NCBI GenBank assembly: GCA_039621445.1
Contig: CP154954.1
Coordinates: forward strand, 23,386,954-23,450,953
DNA from: Euglena gracilis
Taxonomy: Eukaryota
Reading direction: 5' to 3'
DNA length: 64,000 nucleotides
Shown here: piece by piece, positions 1 to 11,800 of the stretch
Layout of the letters: each line of letters begins with the position of its first letter
Position numbering within the stretch: the stretch's first letter is position 1
The notes under the pieces: model-generated
The model's database searches: none
The model's input: the letters and a program-made list of their open reading frames with translations, nothing else
What the model was told of the DNA's origin: nothing
Translations under genes and position numbers: made by a program

Positions 1-922
1 TTCCCGCGAAAATTTTTCAGATTCGCGAATGTCGCGATCTGAATCGCGGAAATCACGATCGGAATCATGATTACCATGATTTCCGCCCGCGAAAATTTTT
101 CAGATTCGCGAATGTCGCGATCTGAATCGCGGAAATCGCGATCGGAATCATGATTACCATGATTTCCGTCGCATTTCTCGCGAAAATTTTTCAGATCCGC
201 GAATGTCGCGATCTGAATCGCGGAAATCGCGATCGGAATCATGATTACCATGATTTCCGTCGCATTTTCATGCGAAAATTTTTCAGATCCGCGAATGTCG
301 CGATCTGAATCGCGGAAATCGCGATCGGAATCATGATTACCATGATTTCCGTCGCATTTCCCGCGAAAATTTTTCAGATGCGCGAATGTCGCGATCTGAA
401 TCGCGGAAATCGCGATCGGAATCATGATTACCATGATTTCCGTCGCATTTCCCGCGAAAATTTTTCAGATTCGCGAATGTCGCGATCTGAATCGCGGAAA
501 TCGCGATCGGAATCATGATTACCATGATTTCCGTCGCATTTCCCGCGAAAATTTTTCAGATTCGCGAATGTCGCGATCTGAATCGCGGAAATCGCGATCG
601 GAATCATGATTACCATGATTTCCGTCGCATTTCCCGCCAAAATTTTTCAGATTCGCGAATGTCGCGATCTGAATCGCGGAAATCGCGATCGGAATCATGA
701 TTACCATGATTTCCGTCGCATTTCCCGCGAAAATTTTTCAGATTCGCGAATGTCGCGATCTGAATCGCGGAAATCGCGATCGGAATCATGATTACCATGA
801 TTTCCGTCGCATTTCCCGCGAAAATTTTTCAGATCCGCGAATGTCGCGATCTGAATCGCGGAAATCGCGATCGGAATCATGATTACCATGATTTCCGTCG
901 CATTTCCCACGAAAATTTTTCA
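1..922 (+). repeat. 91-bp tandem satellite, about 10 units, runs off the left window edge
   Basis: Unit GATCGGAATCATGATTACCATGATTTCCGTCGCATTTCCCGCGAAAATTTTTCAGATTCGCGAATGTCGCGATCTGAATCGCGGAAATCGC repeats head to tail; ORF-track starts recur every 91 nt (333, 424, 515, 606, 697, 788). Confidence 0.97.
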
Positions 923-3834
923 ACAGGCCCAGACCGTTACAGTTTGCGTGTGAGGTTGGATTGGCTGATCGTCTTTCCCCGTCTGTGGACCACCAGCGAT
1001 CTTGATGACTCAAATGACTCCCTGTCGGACTATTATTCTTGTGCTGCCACAAAAAATTTCCACATGGCAGAAACAGTTGGCACCATACACCTCCGCACTG
1101 CATGCCCACACGGGGGGAAGAAGCCGGAAGACGCATATCTGAAGACGGGGCGAGGTGATTCCCTGACAACAATGGGTGATGTGGAAACCAATCCAGGCCC
1201 GCTGACGGCATTTAATGGACCCTGTGGTGAAGTCATGGATCTATTGGACCAACTTGTTGCCATGAACATGACTGATTTCTTTCGGATCAAGGCTAAAATA
1301 CCACTGCGGCAAGGCCCCGATGGCTCCTCCCGTTCACTTCTTCCCAGAGCTACATACTGGCTGAAATGCACTTTGTGTGACATTGAAACCATCACTGCCT
1401 CGGCAGGTTGGTGCCTGCACCACAGGGAAACCTGCCCTGTTTTTTCAGCCACAGTATATCCATCTACTGAGACAGCAAAAGTACACTCCGTAACAAGCCG
1501 AGGATACCCCCAAGAACAAGCTCGGGAAAGGTTTTCAGAAGGACACCAGCCGAATGGAAGGGGGGAACGAATCACCACCCATGGTGACGTCCAAACACAA
1601 CCAGGGCCCATCTACTTCCGTCTGGCCACCATGGAAAGACCGACAATCCCTATCCCCAGGGGATTTCAAGAAAATTTCATTCGGCACAGACTGCTGGCGA
1701 GCCTTCAAGAGGTGGATGCAGAACTTCAAACTTTCCGAGACACCTTCCCTTCCGATGTCCTTGTTGAGGACGCTACCGTCTATGAGCTCACCGAATGTTG
1801 GGAAGTTTTGAGAGGAGTTCTGTTTGTGCTCATAGGGCTATGGCCACATCGACCACCACGTCACGACTCCCCATCGAGTGTGCATGCCATTATGTGGTTG
1901 CTGACCTGTTTATGGTCCGAAGTATGCAACATCGGCGAGGCCTTTCACTTCTACCTGCCCCCTATTCACCTAATGGCACTACCCAACGTTCTCCGGCCGA
2001 GAGGCACTTTCCCCAGAGTACCTCCAACGGAGCCCTCCTCGTCCGACCTCTGCCCATTGAATGTACACACCGTTGATATCCTGGACATCATGGCCTTGTT
2101 ACGTCCGACAAGATCAGTAGTTTCAGTTGACCGTCACATCCGGAGGGCACGACGGACAGCACAAAGACGACCAAACCACCAACGAGGTGACATAGGCCGT
2201 AACAACGCTGTCATAGCCGAGAGGCCCACACACCAAGATGTCACACTTTGTGGTGACGTTCACCTCGAGCCAGGACCTATTTACGGATAACCCCTCGTGA
2301 AGGACCCCTATCCCTGCGACCTAGCACCCGGCCCCATTGCCGACGACCAACCAACCAACCAGGGCCTTCTAAGTTGTCAGATGTGGCCCCAGGGCACGCC
2401 AACCACGTACGGCAACCGATTGACCACGAAAAAACGCGGTATGGGTACAGTCCTCCCCGATGTGGCAGGGGCAAAAGCCTTGCCAGTTGTGGCGACATTG
2501 AAAGCAACCCAGGTCCCACAGAAACCCGCCCTCCCCAGCAGGAGGACGTCGAAATGGCCTCAGCCGCACAGACCTTTGCTGTGCCGCCGACGGAGGTACC
2601 ACTCCTTGGATCTTGGTTTCCAATGCACTCAACGCCGCTGTTCTCGCCTACTTTGTCCCAGGCTATAATGCCGTTTCCCAGTTTGAACGGGGGCCCCGGG
2701 GCACCTGCAGCAGAACAAATCATGGTCATTGACGAACTAGAGTCCCGGGTGCGCTCAGCGATTTCCGAAATTCACGGGTGTGCGCCACAGGGCCAGGGGT
2801 TGATTGAGAATTTTGTGCCGTCCTCACCACAAGGGCAAGAGCAAGAATGCCAAAATGGTCGAAGGCCGCAGCCCCCCGTGGTTCCAGCACTAGCGCAGTC
2901 CTCGATGAACGCTGATACGCTGCAAGTCACTCCCTTCTCGCAACCTTGCCCAGCAATGCAGCCATCTTGGGAAGAAATTTCCCAAGACACTCGGGGCACG
3001 TTGGTCCATATCCCACGGGGAGCGTTGCGAAACGTTGGGCTCGCCTTCTGCAGCACCCTCAGTCGCTTTGTGTCAAAGCCAGGATGGGAGACCCTACACG
3101 CACTTTGGTGCTTCCCAAAAGCTGTGCTTGCTCCATTGAAGCGGAGCGGGAAAAGCCATTGGGCTGCAGTTGGACGGAAAATTACTGAGAGAGCCAATGC
3201 CTACCTCAACCGGTCCACAGAAGATTCGTGGGATGAGACTCGCCAAATTCGTGATGCACAAAACCCAAAGAAGAGAACACGAAGTCAGACAAAAAATTTC
3301 GATGCTGAAAGCCAAGAAAGATTGTGCAACCGTGTTCAAAGCCTTGTCAGCCATGGGGCGGTCAGTAAAGCCTGCCGCATGCTGACTTCTGATGGAATCC
3401 AAGATGCAGACGACCCGCTAATCTTGGAACGGTTGGCTGCCTTGCACCCTCCTGAACCCCAACCTGGAAGGCAAAATCTGCCTCCGGACTTCCCTCGCCT
3501 CGAATTCGATCTCAGTGAAGATGCAACCAGGGAGCGCCTAATTCAAATACGGAAAGCAGTCATGTCTTTCCCGAAGGAGTCCTCACCAGGACCGTCTGGA
3601 CTTCGTCCAGATCATCTTAAAGACATGCTCTCTGATCCCCTGGGGACACAATCAGAACAACTCCTCACAATTTTGGACCAATTCTTCCGAACATGTTTGA
3701 CAAACGGAAACCACAACTCTGCGGCATGGATTTTCGCTGGTGCCCGTTTGACTCCTCTTCAAAAACCCTGCAATCCAAGCGAAAACCTTGATGAGCTTGG
3801 CAATACCAACCCCATTCATGACCCAAAGAAGGAT
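923..3834 (+). pseudogene. 5' part of the CRE-like ORF: 2A-like peptides, a Cys/His zinc-finger-like segment and pre-RT region
   Basis: ORFs 788..2290, 2297..2668 (same frame, across a stop) and 2374..3888 (frameshift). Motifs GDVETNPGP, GDVQTQPGP, GDVHLEPGP, GDIESNPGP and CTLC...HHRETC. Confidence 0.8.
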
Positions 3835-4474
3835 AGTTTCCTGAATGGTGTTGTTTTTTGCCCAGCCTTCACTCCCGGGGGTCCGTGAGGGGGTACCGGC
3901 GGGGTGGGGGGTAGGCGCGATGGGCTCTGGGGAGAGGGGTAGGTTCGGGATACTCCCCTTCCCACGTAGGATTTTTTCCCGGGGACCGAAGGCCCTCCTT
4001 TTTGGGGAGTGGTTGGAGGGGGGAGTCCGGCTTGGCGTCCCTTCTGGCAGTGGGGGGGTTTAGGAAAAGGCCTGGTTAGCCTCCCCTAGGCTTCAGATAC
4101 CCCAGCACCAACACCTTTTTGGCTTGTACTGCTCTCCTGCGCCAGCAGATAGCCAATCTTTTTTGTAATCTTTTGCTTGCTCCGCCCTTGGGATTTTGAT
4201 TTTCTTGAACTTTTGCACTTTCTTGGCTCCAGTGCCTTTCCTTGAATTCCCTTGAAATTCCTTGAAAATTGATATAATTTGACCTTGGTCTTGATTCAGC
4301 AAGCACAATCTTGAATTGAAACCATAGATAAGAAAGAGGGAGCCTGCAGTAAAAAACAGAACAGTTAGAGAGCGGTTTGCGCTATTTTGATGCTAAATTA
4401 GCGCAGTGGTTCGCTATATACAACAGCAGGCTGTAATAGTGGCAATAGAAGGTGCAGCGGCCGGTCCGCCAACT
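3835..4474 (-). repeat. 3' LTR of element A (640 bp)
   Basis: Matches 15698-16336 except for 4 substitutions and a 1-nt homopolymer indel seen by eye; termini AGTT...AACT. Confidence 0.97.
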
Positions 4475-4485
4475 CTCCCCTTCCT
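4475..4485 (-). promoter_or_regulatory. Polypurine tract of element A
   Basis: Minus strand AGGAAGGGGAG directly precedes the 3' LTR. Confidence 0.85.
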
Positions 4486-4779
4486 CGGCCTTGCCTCCGG
4501 CTGCCGGGCCTGGCCGCTGCCTCTCTCGCCCCCCTGCCACAGGAGCCTGGCCGGGGCTCCCCGGTCCTTCGTTGCGCCGCTGCCTGGCGTGCCGGCTGCG
4601 GGCGGGCTCCTGTGGTCCGGGTTGGGGTGGACGCCAGCCAATCCCTGGCCGTGCTCCGCAGGCGTTCGGTGAGCGTCGCTGCTGACGTCGTCCGGCCTTG
4701 CGGGCTGGCCTCAGGAATTGGCTGGGCTCGGGCTTTGGCTCTCCTTGGCGCTCCTTGGTGGGTGGTCTTGTCTGGGTTC

Positions 4780-5530
4780 GGTGCCCCCCCCCCCCCTTTG
4801 GGGCTGACGGTCCCCCTGGCCGCCGTTTTTTTTTTTTTTGCCGGCCCCCCTGGGCCGTGCGTGCCCCCCCCCCCGGGTGGTCTTGGGCGGCCCCCCTGGG
4901 CCGCTTTTCGGCGCCTCCCCCCCTGGGGTCTGGGCGGCCCCCCTGGGCCGGTTTTCGGCGCCCCCCCCCCCTGGGGTCTTGGGCGGCCCCCCTGGGCCGT
5001 TTTTCTGCCCCCTCCCCCCCCCCGCGGGGCGGTGGGGGGCCCCCCCTCGGCCGCTCCTTGGGTTCCCCCCCCCCCGGGTGTGGGCGCGGCCCCTTGGCCG
5101 CTTTTTTTTTTTTTTTTTCCGGCCCCCCTGGGCCGTTCGTGCCCCCCCCCCCCCCCGGGTGGTTTTGGGGGGCCCCCCCGGGCCGCTTTTGCGCCCCCCC
5201 CCCCTGGGTCTGGGCGGCCCCCCTGGGCCGCTTTTCGGCGCCCCCCCCCCCCTGGGGTCTGGGCGGCCCCCCTGGGCCGTTTTTTCCCCCCCCCCCCCCC
5301 CCCGGGGTCTGGGCGGCCCCCCTGGGCCGCTCTTAGGCGCCCCCCCCCCCCCGGGTGTGGGCGCGGCCCCCTGGCCGCTTTTTTTTTTTTTTTTTGCCGG
5401 CCCCCCTGGGCCATGCGTGCCCCCCCGCCGGGGTGGTCTTGGGCGGCCCCCCTGCCGCTCTTGGGTGCCCCCGGTCCGGGTCCTTTGGTCTTCCCTGGGT
5501 CCCCTGGGCCCCCCCGGGGTCGGTTGGGTT
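4780..5530. repeat. GC-rich ~40-45 bp minisatellite in the 3' non-coding region of element A
   Basis: Recurrent GGGCGGCCCCCCTGGGCCGCTTTT...CCCCCCCC units with variable homopolymer lengths; base calls may be noisy. Confidence 0.75.
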
Positions 5531-5846
5531 TCCCCCCTTGGGTCCCCTTTCTTTCTCCTTTCCTCTCCTTCTTTGCTCGCCTCTCCCCGGGGCTTTCGCC
5601 CCCGTGCTTCGTCGCTCTCCTCTCCTCTCCTCTCTCTCTCCTCTCTGGGCTCTCTCCGGTCTCCCTTCTCCTGGCTCGGCCTCGGCCGGGCTCACCGTGG
5701 CTCAGCCTTGGTTGGGGAAGAGAAGGGAGGGGTGGCACACCAGTAAGAGGTTGGGTTGGTGGGTGAGAGCCTCCACAGTATCCATCAGGTCAGTAGGGGG
5801 TGAGCCAGCTGCCGCCGACATCACCGCATCTCCTCACGACGACAGC

Positions 5847-8800
5847 TCAGCTCCTGCGCGCGCGCTGCCAGCCGCCTGTCCTGAGCGTCGAAGGAGAGGG
5901 GAAGGAACAGAAAGATGAACTGGAACACGACCACCATGGAGAAAATCCCAGGTTGACGCCAGGCCTTTTCCATTTCCCCATGGGGTGTGGGCAGGGGGCG
6001 GGGGTGGCCTCCTTGTTGGGAAGGAAGGGCCGGGTCGCACCGTGGCCATGCAGGGGCACGCCTCCGGTGGTGGTGCCCCCTCGCCGCAGGGACGGGTCAT
6101 GGGGGTGCACGGGAACGGGGCCCCCTGGTGGGAGGGGGGGATCCCGAGCTGGGGCGTCCCTGCGGGTCGACACGCGGGGGCGGCGACCTCTACCCGTGGG
6201 GGCAGGGGAGACTCGGGGACCGGGTCTCTGAGGTACGCCTGGACTGCGGGGTGGGTACGCGTGTGATATGGGGAGTGATGGGGTGGTGGACGGTGGAGCT
6301 GGGGCAAGGGAAGCGCGGGAGAGCACATCCCTCGCAGACGCGGATCGCACGGAGACGGGGCGCTTGCCGCTCGCGGGCTGCCGGTGGACCCTGACCGGGT
6401 ACCTGGGGTGGGCCGCTTGTTGGGGACCCGCCGGGCCAACATCTCCTCCGTCTTCTTGGTCTCGATCTCCTTCGTCTCCTCCATCACCTTCATCATCGTC
6501 TCCAGCAGAATCATCACCTTCTCGACATACATCTCCGTCCTCGGGGTCCTGCCACATCCACTCCTCTGGTGGCTCCTCCCAGGACAGCCCAAACTCCTTC
6601 TCCTTCTCCTTCTCGATCTCCACAGCGTGGCAGATGGCGATGTGGGCTTCCTCCGGGAACCTCGAAAGGTACTTCATGATGTCCTCCTTGATGTCGTGCT
6701 CGACGAAGTACGACACGATGGGGGAGGCGTACCGGTGGAAGAAGTGCCGCAGCGGCTCCCACGTCTTCTCCTCGTACCCCAGCCACTTGACGAGGAACTC
6801 GAGGTCGCCGTTGGCATCGCGCCGGTGGGTGACCACCGCCTCCACTTCCCACTCGTCCAGCCGGGAACCCTCCTCCGGCCTGGATTGGCGGAAGTGGAAG
6901 AGACGGAGCGGTGGCCCCATGAGGGCTGGATCGTGGCGGTAGCTCTTGATTTGAGATCGGTGGGCCACCTGCTTCCGGCCATCCTCCATCTGGAGCACGT
7001 ACGTGTGCTCACTGGTGCGCTCTGCCACCACGCACGGCCCGATCCAGTACGTCTCCAGCTTCTCGCCGGTGCGGGTGCGCGGGCGGAGATACCAGACCTT
7101 GTCGTTGATCTCCAGCTCCGGCAGCTCTTTCCTCCTCTTGTTGACCGCCTCGGCTGTCTTGGCGTGCTCCTCGTTCAGGATCTTCGCAACACGATGATCG
7201 ATGTCCTGCATGCGCTCGAAGAAGGCCACCGCGTCCTCGGCCCGCGTGGGCGGCTGGTACGGCACCCCGCCATACCACCGCTCGCGGCCGAAGAGCACCT
7301 GGAAGGGGCTCAGGCCGCTGGGCCCAGCACTGTCGTGCAGGGTCCGCAGGGCCCGCGGCAGCGCCTCCGGCCACTCCACGCCCTCCGCCGCCTTCATCTT
7401 CCTCAGCCGCTTCTGGATCTGCGCGCCGAGGACCTCCGCACGGGCGTTGCCCTCGTGGTGGTATGCTTGGGAGAAGGCATGGCGCACCCCCAGTCTTGCA
7501 CACATTGCCCTCCACCAGGCCCCCACGAAGTGGGGGCCCCGGTCCGACGTGATGACGCTTGGCACGCCGAACTGCGCCCACTGCTCATACATAGCCTTAG
7601 CCACCGCCTCCGCCGTTAGCCCGCGGGTGTGGTGCACGGTTGCGATCGCCCAGCCGGAGTGCCGATCGATGCATGCTGCGAACACGTTCACCAGCTTGCC
7701 GCCCTCCACCTCCACCTCCGGCATCTGGAACAGATCCACGCTCACCGAACACATCACATGGGGCGGCACTGGCGTGGGCGTGATGCGGAGCCGGAGGGGT
7801 TGGTGGGGGTGCTCTGACGCCTGACAGAACTCACACACGGCCAGAATCTTGCCCGCCAGCTCGCGTGCTCGGGAGGGCACCGCAAACTGGAAGTTCCGGC
7901 TGGCCTCATCGAGGAGGCGCTCACCACCGACGTGCCCCGACGCCCGGTGCTGCTCTCGGATTGCCCGCTCGGTCAGGGCATCCGGCACGCACCAGACGGA
8001 ATCCTTCACCAGCTTGCCTGCCTCCTTCCGGTAGCCGGTGGGCCATGGCCGGCCGCGCTTGATGGCCTGCCACGGCTCTTTGAACGTTGGGCACTTCTCA
8101 TACGCCTCACTCCAGTCCATCGCCATCAGGTCCTGGTCCTCTTCTTGCGGGGCTGCGGCCGGGGTGGCTGCAGCTGGCGGCACGGCGGCTGCCACAGGCG
8201 GCACGGCGGCTGCCACCGGCGGCACGGCGGGAGGGCTGGGGTGCCCCCCCACCTTGGGTGGGCCGGCCGACGGCACCGCTCCTTCGGCTGGCTTCTTTGG
8301 GACGACGGTAACGAGCGGGGTGGCGACGGCCTGGCTTCGGGTTGTCACGGCGATCGCTGCGGACGGTAGGATGCTGCGTGCGCTGGCCGCGGGCGGGGAC
8401 GATGCTTGCTCGGCGGACGGGGATCGCACGGCGGGTGCTGCTGCCGGTGCCGCTGCTGGCCGTACGGAAAACCGCACGGTGCGTGGTGTGGCGGGCTGCT
8501 GCTGCTGCTTGGGCTGCGCGGACAACGCCGGGTGCTGCGGCTGCTCGGGCTGCCCGGGCGATGCCAGCGCTGTCGCACTGGGCACTCGCACGGTCGGTGC
8601 TGCAGTCGCAGCCGGCGCGGTGGGGTGCGGTGGGGGCGGCGGTCGGATTGCCGGACTTCCGGCTGCCGGAATCCCGGCGGGCGCCACCTCGGATGCCGGT
8701 GTCCCGGCCGATGCCGCCGTGGCTGCCGGTGTCCCGGCTGGCGACGATGGGGATGCCGCATTTGCGGTCGGGAGGGGGCACACCTTGTCCACCGGGTGTA

Positions 8801-11800
8801 CTGCCTTCGGGCAGCTGCGCTCCGCGGCCTTCTCCTCTCGGATCTGCTGCTCCATCTCCTCGGCGTCCGCTGCCGTCCCGTGCCAGCAGGAGTCTCGGTA
8901 CTCCTGGCTGGCCGGGTACGCCCACCGCGACAGCGCGTCCCCCACCTCGTTCTTCTCCCCCGGCACGTACACCACCTCCACCATGTGCTCGTTCAGCTTG
9001 GAGTGCCACCTCGCCCGCCGGCCTTGCGGTCCCGCTCCTCGGGCGACGTGCTCCTTGTACCAGCTTTCCAGGGACCGGTGGTCCGTCAGCACCAGCACCT
9101 TCTGCCCGGTGATGTAGCCGCCCCACTTGTCCAGCGCGCTCACCACCGCGTACGTCTCCTTGTAGCTGGTGTCCCACCGCAGCCGCTGCCCCTCCGTCAG
9201 CTTCCTGCTCATGAAGCCCACCGCCACCGACGCCCCGGGCTTCAGGAGCTCCTCCACCGAGGGGATGCCCTCCACCTTCGGCAGCTGCTCCAGCACGGCG
9301 CCCACCGCGTAATCGGAGGCGTCTGTGCGGAGCACGAACGGCTTGTTCATGTCCACGTGCCACAGCTCCAGGTCCGCCACCAGCGCTGCCTTCAGCTTCT
9401 CGAACGCCTCCAGCTCGGCCGCGGACCACACGATGGGGTGCTTGCTGCCCGCCCGGGACAAATCCCGTGGTAGCTTCAGCTTCTCCTGCAAGGGGGCGGC
9501 CAGCTCCGAGTACATACGTACATACCCCGAATAATAATTGCAGAGGCCGAGAAAGGCGCGCAAACTCGTCACATTGGCCGGGGGTTGCCACCGCTGCACC
9601 GCCGCCAGCTTGCCGCTCGCGGGCACGCGCTTGCCCTCCCCCAGCACGTGCCCCACGAACTCCGCCCTCTTGCGGAACAGCTGCGCCTTCTTCTTATCCG
9701 CCACCCACCGATCCGCCTCCAGCGCCCGCAGGGTCTCACGCAGATCCCCCGCGTGCCGCCTGATCAGCTCCTCGTCGCTCCACCCCGGCAGCCGCCTCGT
9801 GCTCACCAGGATGTCGTCGAAGTAGGGGTGGGTGTGGGCGGAGACGTTGCGGCAGGTCGCGTCGATGTCCCTCTGGAGCAGCGCCGGACCGACGTTGATG
9901 CCCTGGGGCCAAACAGTCCACTGCCAGAGGCCGCCGGGCAGGTGGATGTTGGTGATGGGTCGGCTTTCCTCCGCCATGGCCACCTGGTGGAAGGCGTCCC
10001 GCAGGTCCACCGTCGAGAAGATCTCGCACTTCGCCTGCTCGCTCACGATGTCCTCCGTCAGCGGTAGGGGGTAGGAGTCCATCTGCAGCATCTTGTTGGT
10101 CAAGCTGTAGTCGCACACCAGCCTCCACTTGCCCGACTTCTTGCGGATGGGGAAGGCGGCCGCCCTCCACGGCCCCCGCCCCGCCTCCAGCTTGCCGTCC
10201 GCCAGGCACTCCCGCTCCATCTCCCTCAGGGCCTCCAGCCGCTCGCCCTTGAGGTTGATGATCCGGCCCACCACCGGGGTTGCTCCCGGCTTCAGCCTCA
10301 GCACCGCCTTCCCATGGGTGCCCCGCGCCGGGGGACACGGCCACACCCGCTCTCGGAACACCCGGCCTTCGAACTCGTTGATGATCTCGTCCCGCAGCTG
10401 CCGCGCCAAGGGATGGTCGACGTCGTCTTCTGTCTCCACTACCCCTCGCACCGCCTTCGCCGCTTCTTCGGCCTCCTTCAGCATCATCGCCACCTCTCGG
10501 ACTGCAGCCTCGTCCGTGGTCAGCTGCCGCATCTTCTTCACCGTGGAGAGGTAGCCGTCCAGCTCGTCTTCGTCTTCATCGCCATCTTCCTCCTTCTTCT
10601 CTTCGTCTCCACGCCGCCTCAGGATCCACTTGGGGTCCGCGTGGAGCTGCAAGGTGTCGCGCCATGGCTGGACATCCAGCCGGTTCTCCCGGAGCCACGG
10701 ATACCCCAGAATCAAATCCGTGCTGATGCAGCCGTCGTACGCCACCACCTTCGTCGTCCACGTCCTCGGTCTCCGCTCCTCGTCGTCGGTCTGGGCCGCG
10801 AAGGACAGCTTCAGCTCTGCTTCTCGTTGTCCTCCGGGTAGTGCTTCTCCGCTCACCGTGCGCAGCACCAAGGGTCTTGTTGCCGCGTGGAACACCGACT
10901 CCGGGAACAGCTCCTTCTTCACGAGGGAGGTCTGCGCCCCCGTATCGATCAAGGCTTTCGCCTGGATCTTCATCCCGCCTGCCTCCACCTCCACGTCCAT
11001 CAGCAGCTGGTAGCACCCCCCACGGTGCTCCATCCGGCCGACCGTGAACGGCCGGTTCGGGAGGTGCTGCCACGGCCGCACCACCACCTTCCGCACCTTC
11101 TTCGCCTCCTCCGCCGCCGCCACTTCTTCCCGTGCCTTCTCCCCCAGGCACAGGTACCGCACCACCCCCTCCGGGATGCGGTAGGCCTCCTCCCTTGTGC
11201 ACCTGCGCTCGCCGCCACTGCCTCCCAGCTGCAGCCGATGTCGTCGTACGCCGTCTGGTCCTTCCACCATGCTGCCGCACTTCCCACCACAGATGACGTC
11301 GTCCAGCTCCTTCGCCATCGCATCGCTGACCCAGAAACGGGTCGGCTTGCGATACCCGTATTCCGCGAAGCGGCAGTAGTCGATATCCACGTACCGCACT
11401 CCGCGCAGGACTCGTCGCCACCGCAGCAAGCCGAACCTCGGGTTTTCAATCCACCACCGCGTAGGCGCCAAGTACTCCACCAGCTCCCTCGTGGCCTTCA
11501 CCACCGCGTCCGCCATGCGGAGCCTCCTCTTGCGGGTGGTGAGGGCTGCGGAGTACTCGGTACAGGGCGGGGACGCCGCGATGACCTCGAAGTAGCCGGG
11601 AGCGTACTGTTCCCAGTACCTCCACTTCCTCACGTCGGCCACGATGTCCGGCTTCCACTTCTCGTCCCAGTCCACGCTGATCACCTTGAAGCCCATCTTC
11701 TCCAGCGCTCTTCTGACACTGCCCGTTCCGGAGAACAGGTCCAGCGCCCATCTTTCCTTCTCTTCCTTTGCCGCCTTCTTCACCGGCTCTTTCTTCTCCT

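Noticed and set aside
1-922. CRISPR array, or short repeated 61-aa genes, in the 91-bp repeat
   Set aside because: Units are near-identical along their full length with no unique spacers and no cas genes; the ORFs are by-products of the repeat.
4398-5766. Long Gly/Pro-rich ORFs on both strands
   Set aside because: They arise from a GC homopolymer-rich minisatellite lacking stop codons; no domain motifs.
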